Shown here: positions 24,331 through 32,320 of the stretch, one piece after another
Numbering within the stretch: the first letter of the stretch is position 1
Layout of the letters: each line of letters starts with the position of its first letter
Assembly (NCBI GenBank): GCA_035720905.1
Contig: DASTNL010000047.1
Coordinates: forward strand, 1 to 32,320
Origin: Microbacteriaceae bacterium
GTDB taxonomy: Bacteria; Actinomycetota; Actinomycetes; Actinomycetales; Microbacteriaceae
Reading direction: 5' to 3'
Length of the DNA: 32,320 nt
Program-made: the position numbers and the translations under genes
Notes under the pieces: model-generated
What the model saw: only the letters and a program-made list of their open reading frames with translations
What the model was told of the DNA's origin: nothing
The model's database searches: none

Positions 24331-25479
24331 ATGACGAGCACCGGCGGGTTCGCAACCCGAGCGATCCACGCGGGCCAAGAGCCAGATCGGCAGACGGGCG
24401 CCGTGGTGCCGCCGATCTACCAGACGTCGACCTTCGTGCAAGATGGCATCAACAAGCTGCGCGGCGGTTACGAATACAGCCGCAGCGCCAACCCGACCCG
24501 CACGATGCTCGAGAGCCTGCTCGCCTCACTGGAGGGTGGAGCGCGCGCCCTCTCCTTCGCCTCCGGCCTCGCCGCCGAAGACGCGCTGCTGCGCACCGTG
24601 CTCGCCCCGGAATCCCGCGTCGTCGTCAGCCGCGACGCGTACGGCGGAACGTACCGCCTGATCGACCGCGTGCACGGCGCGTGGGGCGTGCGCAACACCC
24701 CCGCCGACCTGACCGACCTCGCGGCCGCCCGCGAAGCGCTCGCCGCCGCAGCGGTCGACCTCGTCTGGGTCGAGACGCCCAGCAATCCGCTCCTGACCGT
24801 CACCGACATCGCGGCGCTCGCTCGCCTGGGGCACGAGGCGGGCGCACTCGTCGTCGTCGACAACACGTTCGCCTCGCCGGCCCTGCAGAACCCGCTCGCG
24901 CTCGGTGCCGATGTCGTCGTGCACTCCACCACCAAGTACCTGGGCGGCCACTCCGATGTGTTGGGCGGCGCCCTCGTCTTCGCCGACGGCGACCTCGCCG
25001 AGCGGGTCGCGGCCGTTCAGTTCTCTGCCGGTGCGGTGTCGTCGCCGATGGATGCCTGGCTGACGGTGCGCGGCATCAAGACGCTCGCCGTGCGCATCGC
25101 CCGGCACTGCGCCAACGCGCAGGCGGTCGCCGAGCATCTGGCCGGCCATCCGGCCATCGAGACGGTCTATTACCCCGGCCTCGACACCCACCCGGGCCAC
25201 GCGCTCGCGGCCCGGCAGATGCGCGGGTTCGGCGGCATGGTCTCCGTCGCCGTGCGGGGCGGCGCCGGGGCCGCGATGCGCCTCGTCGAGTCAACCCGGC
25301 TGTTCCAGCTCGCCGAGTCTCTGGGCGGGGTCGAATCGCTCATCTGCTATCCGTCGGAGATGACGCACGCGGCGGTGAAGGGCACGCCGCTCGCCGTCGC
25401 CGACAACGTCGTGCGCCTCTCGGTGGGCCTGGAAGAGGCCGACGACCTCATCGCCGACCTCGACGCCGCGCTGGCCTAG
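24331..25479 (+). CDS. metB: Cystathionine gamma-synthase (PLP-dependent Cys/Met metabolism family)
   Basis: Contains TRAIHAGQEPDRQTGAVVPPIYQTSTF, YSRSANPTR and the PLP-lysine motif HSTTKYLGGHSD. Close to mycobacterial MetB by recollection. Gamma-lyase activity cannot be excluded. Confidence 0.85.
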   Translation: MTSTGGFATRAIHAGQEPDRQTGAVVPPIYQTSTFVQDGINKLRGGYEYSRSANPTRTMLESLLASLEGGARALSFASGLAAEDALLRTVLAPESRVVVSRDAYGGTYRLIDRVHGAWGVRNTPADLTDLAAAREALAAAAVDLVWVETPSNPLLTVTDIAALARLGHEAGALVVVDNTFASPALQNPLALGADVVVHSTTKYLGGHSDVLGGALVFADGDLAERVAAVQFSAGAVSSPMDAWLTVRGIKTLAVRIARHCANAQAVAEHLAGHPAIETVYYPGLDTHPGHALAARQMRGFGGMVSVAVRGGAGAAMRLVESTRLFQLAESLGGVESLICYPSEMTHAAVKGTPLAVADNVVRLSVGLEEADDLIADLDAALA

Positions 25480-26447
25480 CGCACCGGGGCGGCCGCGGGA
25501 GAGTCTTGCGTCGTCGGCGCCTCGGGGCCGGGCGCGGCCGCCGGGACACGCAGCCGCATCACGAGGATCGCCATTGTCGCGGTGATGAGCGCCGCCAGCA
25601 GCATATGCGACTCGATGGCCACCGCAGGCAGGCCGTCGCGCGCCTGGTAGATGCCGAGCGGTATCTGGATGAGCAGCAGCACGAGCAGGCCGATCGACCA
25701 GCCGAGCGGGCGCAGCCTTGCGCGTGCCATGCCGATGACGAGCACGATCGAGACGGCGAGCAGCGCGTAGGCGGGCCCCGAATGCACGTGCGCCATGACG
25801 ACGGCGTTGAACAGGTGGTGGCGCACGTCGGCGTTGCCCGAGTGCGGGCCCGATTCCGAGGTGACGACGCCGAGAATCAACGTCAGAGCGGTCAGCACCG
25901 CTGCCGTGTGTGTCATGCCGACGATCCAGCGGGGTGCGGCCCAGCGGCGCGGGCCGGGCGCCAGCGGGGCACGGGCCACGAAGACCGCCGCGACGATGAT
26001 GAGGATCATCGAAATGAGAAAGTGGGAGCCGACGACGTCGTAGTTGAGGTGTGAGAGCACCGTCACGCCGCCCATGAGCGCCTGCAGCAACACGCCGCCG
26101 ATGACGATCCACGCGAGGGTGAAGAGGTCTCGCCTCTCTTTGCGCATCCGCCACACGAGGAGCAGCACGGCCAAGGCGGCGAGTCCCACCACGCCGGACA
26201 TCATCCGATTGCCGAACTCGACGTAGGAGTGGAAGCTCATGCCCGGCACCGGCACGAGCGAGTCGGGCGCGCACAACGGCCATTTGCAGCCGAGCCCCGA
26301 ACCGGTCAGCCGCACGGCGCCGCCCGTGCCGATGATGAGGATCTCGGTGACGAGGGAGACCCAACCGGCCACGCGCACGGATCGCGGCGCCCCCGCCGCC
26401 CCCCTGCCGAGTCGTGCGCGGGTGGGGGTGGAAAGGTCAGCGGACAT
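25476..26447 (-). CDS. ctaA: Heme A synthase (COX15/CtaA family)
   Basis: Has the GSGLGCKWPLC motif and an 8-TM profile with conserved His residues. ATG 26447 is 5 nt after GGAGG. Its stop shares the tetranucleotide CTAG (25476-25479) with the metB stop. Confidence 0.85.
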   Translation of the reverse strand: MSADLSTPTRARLGRGAAGAPRSVRVAGWVSLVTEILIIGTGGAVRLTGSGLGCKWPLCAPDSLVPVPGMSFHSYVEFGNRMMSGVVGLAALAVLLLVWRMRKERRDLFTLAWIVIGGVLLQALMGGVTVLSHLNYDVVGSHFLISMILIIVAAVFVARAPLAPGPRRWAAPRWIVGMTHTAAVLTALTLILGVVTSESGPHSGNADVRHHLFNAVVMAHVHSGPAYALLAVSIVLVIGMARARLRPLGWSIGLLVLLLIQIPLGIYQARDGLPAVAIESHMLLAALITATMAILVMRLRVPAAAPGPEAPTTQDSPAAAPVR

Positions 26448-26801
26448 GAAGCCTCCGTTCGGCCGCCTTCGTGATGCCGCGGGGCCTGACGCGTCGTGCT
26501 GTCGGAAGCCTGGATGCGACGCGGGTCGCGGCATGCCGGGCTCGCCAGAAAGTCTACGGGGTGGGTGTGTGGAGAGGCGCTTCCCCCGACCGTTCTGCGG
26601 CGGAGCATCGCTTTGTCACGGCGCCCGGCGCCTTCCGCATGCAGAATATTGCCAGGAAGGCCACAGGGCCGGAGGATCGAATAGGGGCGGGCAGTCCGTC
26701 GCGCGGCATGCAGGTACTCGGGTGCCGTGGGGTCGCCTCGCGCAGGCGCCGGTGCGGCCGCCCGCACGGCAGCGCACGCCGGGCGGAGGGGAGAAGGAAC
26801 G

Positions 26802-27338
26802 ATGAACGGTGTCGAGGCTTTGGCCGACGGATTCGGCCGGATAAGCGGCGTGGTGCACGCGGTGCTCGACGGCATCTCGGATGAGGCGCTGACTTTTCGC
26901 GCCGACCCCGACGCGAACACGGTGGCGTGGCTCGTCTGGCACCTGGCTCGCAGCCAGGACGCGCAGGTGGCGCACCTCGTCGCCGGCGACGCGGGTGCCG
27001 GGGCGGCCGACGCCGCCGGGGCTTGGCAGGCGGAGGGATTCGGCGAGCGTTTCGCGCTGCCCTTCGGCCCGGGGGAGACAGGTTACGGGCATACGAGCGC
27101 CAAGGTCGCGGCGGTGCGTGCCCCGGCCGGCCTTCTCGGCGAATATTACGACGCCGTCGCCGCCCGCACGACGGCCTATGTCGCGGGGTTGGCCGACGCC
27201 GACCTGGATCGGGTCATCGACACCTCGTGGACCCCGCCTGTCACGGTCGGCGTGCGGCTCGTCAGCATTTTGGCCGACGGCCTTCAGCACGCCGGCCAGG
27301 CGGCCTTCGTGCGCGGGGTCGCCCAGCGCGTACGCTGA
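26802..27338 (+). CDS. DinB-family / DUF664 mycothiol-transferase-like protein
   Basis: Contains VAWLVWHLARSQD ... ILADGLQHAGQAAFVRG, a four-helix DinB-type pattern with conserved His residues. ATG 26802 follows GGAGGGGAGAAGG. Confidence 0.65.
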   Translation: MNGVEALADGFGRISGVVHAVLDGISDEALTFRADPDANTVAWLVWHLARSQDAQVAHLVAGDAGAGAADAAGAWQAEGFGERFALPFGPGETGYGHTSAKVAAVRAPAGLLGEYYDAVAARTTAYVAGLADADLDRVIDTSWTPPVTVGVRLVSILADGLQHAGQAAFVRGVAQRVR

Positions 27339-27378
27339 CGGGCCCTGGTAGAAGGCCCTCGCCCCGTAGCATTCAGTC

Positions 27379-28572
27379 ATGCGCGTCGTCATCGCCCCCG
27401 ACTCCTTCAAGGGCACTCTTGGCGCCGCCCAGGTCGCAGCCTCGCTTGCGGCCGGCTGGCGCGAGGTGCGCGCGGCAGACGAGGTCGCCTGCCTGCCGAT
27501 GGCCGACGGGGGAGAAGGGACGCTCGACGCGATCCGCGCCGCCCGGCCGGACGCGCGGCGTATGCCCGTCGCCGTGCAGGGTCCGGACGGCCGCACGCAT
27601 GCGGCGGAATGGCTGCTCCTTCCCGACGGCGGCGGTGTCGCCGACGACCACGACCGGAATGGCGACGACCGGGGCGGCGGCATCGGCGTGATCGAACTGG
27701 CCGCGACGAGCGGCCTCACCCTGCTCGATCGCCTCCGGCCGTTCGACGCCCACACGGTGGGCTTCGGGCAGGCCATCGCGGCCGCCCTCCGGCACGGCGT
27801 GCGGGGTCTGCTGCTCGCGATCGGCGGCAGTTCCTCGACAGACGGTGGGACGGGCATGCTCCGTGCCTTGGGTGCGCGGTTCCAAGACGCCGGCGGCGCT
27901 CCGATACCGCTCGGTGGCGGAGGGCTCGATCGCCTCGTCGTAGCCGACCTCGACGGGTTGCCGGCCCTGCCGCCGGGCGGCGCCGAGGTGCTGAGCGACG
28001 TCACGAACCCGCTGTGCGGGCCTCGTGGCGCCGCCTTCGTCTATGGCGAGCAGAAGGGGGCGGATGCGGCGGCGCGGAGCCGGCTCGACGCGGGGCTCGC
28101 CCACCTGGCCGGCGTCGTCGGCCAGGCGCGGGCGAGCGATCCGGGCGCCGGCGCGGCCGGCGGCACCGGGTTCGGCCTGCTCGTCTGGGGTGACCACGCG
28201 GCGAAGCGGCGCGACGCAGGGGCAGAGGGCGAGGCAGCCGGCCGGCTTGTCATCGTCTCCGGCGCACGCCGCGTCGCCCGCGCGATAGGGCTGCCGCAGG
28301 CCGTCGCCGGCGCCGACGTCATCGTCACGGGCGAGGGCCGGTTCGACGGCCAGTCGTCGGAGGGCAAAGCGCCCTGGCTCGTCTCCGGTCTGCCGTCGCC
28401 CGCCCGCCGGTATCTCGCCGCGGGCAGCATCGAGGCGCCGACGCCCGGTTTCGCTGCCGCCGTCTCCCTCGTCGATCTCGCGTCGGGGCTCGCCGCAGCC
28501 AAGGCGGAGCCGGAGCGTTGGCTTCAGCGCGCGGGCGCGGAACTGGCGCGGCTCGCCCAGCGGGAGAACTGA
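27379..28572 (+). CDS. glxK: Glycerate kinase
   Basis: N-terminus MRVVIAPDSFKGTLGAAQVA and internal GGSSSTDGGTGMLRALG are hallmark glycerate kinase motifs. Confidence 0.85.
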   Translation: MRVVIAPDSFKGTLGAAQVAASLAAGWREVRAADEVACLPMADGGEGTLDAIRAARPDARRMPVAVQGPDGRTHAAEWLLLPDGGGVADDHDRNGDDRGGGIGVIELAATSGLTLLDRLRPFDAHTVGFGQAIAAALRHGVRGLLLAIGGSSSTDGGTGMLRALGARFQDAGGAPIPLGGGGLDRLVVADLDGLPALPPGGAEVLSDVTNPLCGPRGAAFVYGEQKGADAAARSRLDAGLAHLAGVVGQARASDPGAGAAGGTGFGLLVWGDHAAKRRDAGAEGEAAGRLVIVSGARRVARAIGLPQAVAGADVIVTGEGRFDGQSSEGKAPWLVSGLPSPARRYLAAGSIEAPTPGFAAAVSLVDLASGLAAAKAEPERWLQRAGAELARLAQREN

Positions 28573-30101
28573 TCACGCACCTCCGGCCGCGGGTCGGCCT
28601 CGCGCTCGGGTGTGAGAGGCGTGTGCCACGACGCCCGGCGGTGGGTCTTCGCCCACACCGCCTGGGCGGCGGCCCCGTCGGCGACGATGCTGCGGGCCGC
28701 GGCCGGCCCGGATGCCGCCCCGCCGGCGGCCCGTACGGCGGTGGGCGACGAGGCGGCGGATGACGGGCCGGCGGCTTGTGGCACGGCGACGGGAAGGCCG
28801 AAGACCTGCGCCGTCGCCTGCTGCACGACGCCCCGCCCCGCCCCGGGCCCGATCACGATGACGCGCCTGGCCGGCAGGCCTGCCGTCGCGAGGGCGTCTG
28901 CCGCCGCGGCGAGGGTGCACAGCACGCCTTCGAGGGCGGCGCGCGCGAGGTTCTCGGGCGTCTTCGCCGTGGCGTCGGGTGCGTGGAATTCTGCCGTGCG
29001 CGGCGTGAAGACGACCCCGCCCGCGCCGGGCCGGGCGGCGCCGGCAAGCCGGGCGAGGCCGTCGTTCGTCACGCCGAGAAGGCGGGCGACGCCGGCCAGG
29101 GCCGAGGCGTCGCCCGGCGTCACGACGGTGGGCAGGAACCCGCCGGCGGCGTCGGCCAGCGAGCGTATCGCACCGGTCTCGTCCACGACGGGGGCGGGCG
29201 CCATCGTGCTGACCGCCCCGGAGCCCAGCGAGACCATGATGTCGCCGGGCGCAAGACCCAAGCCGAGTGCAGCGATCGCCGGGCGGGTGCCGCCGATCGA
29301 GATCACGCGCTCCGACTTGATGCCGTGCGACGGCATCTTCCAGCTTTCGCCGCCCCAGGCGTCGGGAGGCATGACCCGTGGCTTTATGGCGGGCCGGCCG
29401 AGGGCCTGCCCGAACAGGTCGTGATCCCATTTGCCGGTCGCGGGATTCCAGTAGCCGGTGCCCGAGGCGCCGGAACGGTCGGTGACGAGTTCTTCCAGGC
29501 GCAGACCGTTCGGCATCTCATCGCGCGGCCCGAACCCGCGCAGCCGCCACATCAGCCAGTCGTGCCGCAGGGCCACAGCCTCCACCCGGCCGGCGTTCTC
29601 CGGCTCGCCGTCGCGCAGCCAGCGCAGTTTCGCCAGCGGGTGGCTGCCGGCCGGAATCGATCCGACCCGAGCCGCGAGGGCCTGCCTGCCGACCTCGGCG
29701 ACGAGGTCGAGGGCCGCGCGGGCGAAGCCCCGCTCGTCGCCCACGAGCGCGGCCCGCACCAGGTGACCTTCGGCGTCGAGGGTCACGGCCTGCCCGTCGG
29801 CCGCGCCGATGCCGAACGCCGAGACGTCGGCGAACCCTCCGGAAGCCTCGATGGCGTCGAGCAGAGCCTGCCACCAGGCGTGCGGATCGGCCTCGGCGCC
29901 GGCGGGCGCCGCCGCCCGGCCCGAACGGACCCGCTCGCCGGTGGCGGCGTCACGCACGACGACGGTGCAACCGCCCGCCGCCGAGTCGATTCCGGCCACG
30001 AGCGTTCTCGTCGTGCGGACGCCCGAGGGCCCCGCCCCGTGGGCGCGCGGCGTGATGCGGTGCACCCGCACGGGCGCAGCCCCGTCTGTCACCGCCGGCA
30101 T
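28524..30101 (-). CDS. FGGY-family carbohydrate kinase (xylulokinase-like)
   Basis: LVAGIDSAAGGCTVVV N-terminal phosphate-1 motif and a GGTRPAIAALG-like C-domain motif. ATG 30101 follows GGAAGGTGG, but a later start near LVAGID is possible. The 3' end overlaps glxK convergently by 49 nt. Confidence 0.75.
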   Translation of the reverse strand: MPAVTDGAAPVRVHRITPRAHGAGPSGVRTTRTLVAGIDSAAGGCTVVVRDAATGERVRSGRAAAPAGAEADPHAWWQALLDAIEASGGFADVSAFGIGAADGQAVTLDAEGHLVRAALVGDERGFARAALDLVAEVGRQALAARVGSIPAGSHPLAKLRWLRDGEPENAGRVEAVALRHDWLMWRLRGFGPRDEMPNGLRLEELVTDRSGASGTGYWNPATGKWDHDLFGQALGRPAIKPRVMPPDAWGGESWKMPSHGIKSERVISIGGTRPAIAALGLGLAPGDIMVSLGSGAVSTMAPAPVVDETGAIRSLADAAGGFLPTVVTPGDASALAGVARLLGVTNDGLARLAGAARPGAGGVVFTPRTAEFHAPDATAKTPENLARAALEGVLCTLAAAADALATAGLPARRVIVIGPGAGRGVVQQATAQVFGLPVAVPQAAGPSSAASSPTAVRAAGGAASGPAAARSIVADGAAAQAVWAKTHRRASWHTPLTPEREADPRPEVRDQFSRWASRASSAPAR

Positions 30102-30166
30102 CGCCCCACCTTCCACCCCGCCCGTAACACTCTGTCACACCCGCGGGCGAGGGCGGTCGTCGGGTC

Positions 30167-31912
30167 TCAGGCCCGATGCGCCGTGCTCCCAGAAGACTGC
30201 CCCGCGTCGTCGCTGGCCGCGTCGTCGCTGGCCGACTCCCGTGCCGCGTCGGCCACGTACTGGTCGATAAGCCTCTTCGGCAGCGTGATCTTGAGAGCCA
30301 GCCAGTAGATGAACGCCGAGACGACCGCGTTCACGAGGAACACCCAGAAGAACGAGTGCTGCACCCACGCGGTGCCGAAGACGGCGGAGTCACTGAAGAA
30401 GAAGCTCACCAGGCCGTACAGCGCGAACCAGGGGATGATCCATGCCGCGCCCACCTTGAAGAGCAGCGGCGGCCGGCCCTCCTTGTGCCCGAAGAGCTGG
30501 AAGAGCACGAGCACCGCGTAGCCGATCAAGATGGTGATGATCACCTTGAAGTTGGTGCTCCAGCCCGCCCAGAACATGATCATGTTCGCGCTGAAGAACG
30601 CGAGGTAGGGGATGATGTCGCCGCCCGGCAGCTTGAAGGGCCGCTTCAGCTCCGGATGCGTGCGCCGCAGCACGGCGACGACCAGCGGGCCGGAGCCGAA
30701 CGACATGACGGTCGCGCTCGTGATGAAGCCGACGAGGGACTGCCAGCTGGGGAACGGTGCCAGGAGCACCACGCCCACCAGGAACGTCACGAGAAGGCTC
30801 CAGTGCGGCACCGCGTACTTGTTGTTCTTCGCGAGAAACCGCGGTGAGTTGCCGTTGCGGCCCATCGCATACGAGAGGCGGGAGGTGACCGTCGTGTAGA
30901 TGAAGCCGGTGTCGGCGGGGGAGATGAAGGCGTCGAAGTACAGCACGTAGGCCAGCCACGCGAGCCCTGCCATGCCGGCCAACGCCGCCAGCGGGCCGAA
31001 GTCGCCGCTGAACTGCAGGCCGTCCCAGCCGTGCGACTTCACGAGGACGCTGTGCGGCACGGCGAGCGTGTAGACGACCTGGATGAGCGCATACAAGACG
31101 GCCGTGATCGCGACGGAGCCGATCAAGGCCAAGGGGATGTTCCGGCGCGGGTTGCTCGTCTCGCCCGCCAACTCGATGCCTTGCCGGAAGCCGAGGTACG
31201 AGAACGTTATGCCCGCGGTGGAGATGCAGATGAACACGCCGGCGAAGCCGGTGGGCGCGAAGCCGAATTGGCTGAAGTTGGCCGGCGACCCCATCCGCGT
31301 CGTGCCGAACGCGGTGATGAGGAAGACGACGATCACCAGGCAGACGACGAACAGCTTCCACCACACGACGACCGTGTTGATCTCGGCGAAGAGCTTGACG
31401 CCGAAGTAGTTGACGACGACGAAGAGGGCGAGGAGCAGCACGGCGACGACGATTCCGAGGGGCGTCAAGATCTGCGCGGTCGTGCTGCCGGAGGTCGCCT
31501 TCGTCGTGAACGGCGCGAACTTCGTCATGTAGGTCAAGGCGCCGGTGACCTCGATGGCGGGCACGGCTGCTGCCGCGATCCAGGTGATGAAGCCGAGGGA
31601 GTAGCTGCCGAAGGAGCCCCACACGAGGTGCGGGTAACGCACGACGCCACCGGAGATCGGCAGCATGGGCCCGAGCTCCGCGTAGCACAGGCCGATCAGG
31701 ATGATCATGACGGCCGCGATCAGCCAGGAGAAGATCGCGGCGGGCCCGGCGATCGCCGAGGCCTGGTACGCGCCGAAGAGCCACCCGGAGCCGATGATCG
31801 AGCCGACCGCGGCGAAGAGCAAGCCCACCGGCCCGACGGAACGTTTGAGCTTCACCCCGCCAGCGTCGGTGTGATGCGCGACTGTGCTTCGCGGATGGTG
31901 CGCTGTCGACAT
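30167..31912 (-). CDS. APC-superfamily amino acid permease
   Basis: Contains VGLLFAAVGSIIGSGWLFGAYQAS, a profile of 12 or more TM helices, and AAGAGG 7 nt before ATG 31912. It has an acidic Ser/Asp-rich C-terminal tail. Confidence 0.85.
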   Translation of the reverse strand: MSTAHHPRSTVAHHTDAGGVKLKRSVGPVGLLFAAVGSIIGSGWLFGAYQASAIAGPAAIFSWLIAAVMIILIGLCYAELGPMLPISGGVVRYPHLVWGSFGSYSLGFITWIAAAAVPAIEVTGALTYMTKFAPFTTKATSGSTTAQILTPLGIVVAVLLLALFVVVNYFGVKLFAEINTVVVWWKLFVVCLVIVVFLITAFGTTRMGSPANFSQFGFAPTGFAGVFICISTAGITFSYLGFRQGIELAGETSNPRRNIPLALIGSVAITAVLYALIQVVYTLAVPHSVLVKSHGWDGLQFSGDFGPLAALAGMAGLAWLAYVLYFDAFISPADTGFIYTTVTSRLSYAMGRNGNSPRFLAKNNKYAVPHWSLLVTFLVGVVLLAPFPSWQSLVGFITSATVMSFGSGPLVVAVLRRTHPELKRPFKLPGGDIIPYLAFFSANMIMFWAGWSTNFKVIITILIGYAVLVLFQLFGHKEGRPPLLFKVGAAWIIPWFALYGLVSFFFSDSAVFGTAWVQHSFFWVFLVNAVVSAFIYWLALKITLPKRLIDQYVADAARESASDDAASDDAGQSSGSTAHRA

Positions 31913-32174
31913 GACGTGGCCTCTTTAGTGTTCGTCTAATGGGCGGGATTCCTCACAAAACGCTCCTGTGCGTTTACTGGGGGGTGGTTCCCTGAGGTCT
32001 TATGCCCGGAGTCTGAGAGCCATCTTTCTGAGTTTTATCATTTCGCCGATACCGCGTGCCCGGAGGAAGCGGCCCGTTTGGGCCGCGCAACGCGTGGCGC
32101 GGGTGTCCGAAAGGCGCGTGGCGGGGCGCCGCGCAGGCGCGTCCGACCCGTCGCTGAATTTTTGCTATGAATAT

Positions 32175-32188
32175 TGACCGGCCGGTCA
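32175..32188. promoter_or_regulatory. Perfect 14-bp palindrome TGACCGGCCGGTCA in a divergent promoter region
   Basis: Self-complementary by inspection. It overlaps a plus-strand TTGACC (32174-32179), which is followed after 18 nt by TAGCGT (32198-32203). Confidence 0.4.
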
Positions 32189-32281
32189 GTCGATGCCTAG
32201 CGTGAGAGATGAGGAAGCCGATGACGGATGGGTTGCCATCCGCCAGACACGGAGCCATCTGACGGTAGGAGGATGAGTTCA

Positions 32282-32320
32282 ATGACAAGGTGGACACGCT
32301 GGCAGGACTGGGTCGCAGTG
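32282..32320 (+). CDS. 5' end of an unidentified CDS running off the window (MTRWTRWQDWVAV...)
   Basis: AGGAGG (32267-32272) lies 9 nt before ATG 32282, and the frame stays open to the window end. The Trp-rich start is reminiscent of SPW-repeat membrane proteins, but 13 codons are too few to call a family. Confidence 0.4.
   Translation, partial: MTRWTRWQDWVAV

Noticed and set aside
23817-26054. 745-aa plus-strand ORF overlapping FUSC, metB and (antisense) ctaA
   Set aside because: It is out of frame with metB, whose PLP motifs are clear. Its sequence is dominated by Arg/Gly/Pro/Ala runs. It is a shadow ORF.
31930-32100. Possible glycine riboswitch upstream of the amino-acid permease (CTCAGG..., GGCGAA..., CTCTCAGAC motifs)
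   Set aside because: The matches to the consensus elements as I recall them (CUCUGGAGAG, CGCCGAAGGAGCAA, CUCUCAGGCAAAAGGAC) are only partial, and the required helices cannot be drawn convincingly by hand. I kept it as an unclassified structured leader.
31974-32297. 107-aa minus-strand ORF in the permease upstream region
   Set aside because: The translation is Arg/Pro/Gly-rich with no RBS and no domain. It spans the palindrome and promoter region, and the sequence is better explained as a non-coding leader.

Overview
This is a visibly GC-rich chromosomal segment (roughly 70 percent by eye, not computed), and its gene content points to a high-GC Gram-positive actinobacterium. Evidence: the conserved tRNA-Trp-secE-nusG-rplK-rplA block, rplJ-rplL, a Streptomyces-like Zur, a DinB/mycothiol-transferase-like gene and several apparently leaderless starts. 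Order along the window: a SAM methyltransferase; zur plus a TroA/ZnuA-type metal ABC importer (binding lipoprotein, ATPase, two permeases); tRNA-Trp, secE, nusG, rplK, rplA; an ~11 kb block between rplA and rplJ; rplJ-rplL; a MarR-MFS pair plus a FUSC-family membrane protein; metB; ctaA (heme A synthase); a DinB-like protein; glycerate kinase; an FGGY sugar kinase; an APC amino-acid permease; and the first codons of one more gene. The part most worth a second look is the rplA-rplJ block. It holds a translationally coupled five-gene MacAB/YknXYZ-like ABC module: adaptor, ATPase, FtsX-type permease, a tandem DUF5666-like lipoprotein, and a second, 650-aa adaptor. All three exported accessory proteins carry Gly/Phe-rich low-complexity tails that share a GGFPAG-type motif. 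An OmpR-type two-component system lies 2 kb downstream, and an OmpR-style direct repeat sits upstream of the operon. I saw no CRISPR array, transposase, integrase or rRNA gene. The many long ORFs on opposite strands or in other frames are typical high-GC artefacts. All family assignments come from reading motifs in the translations, since no database search was possible.
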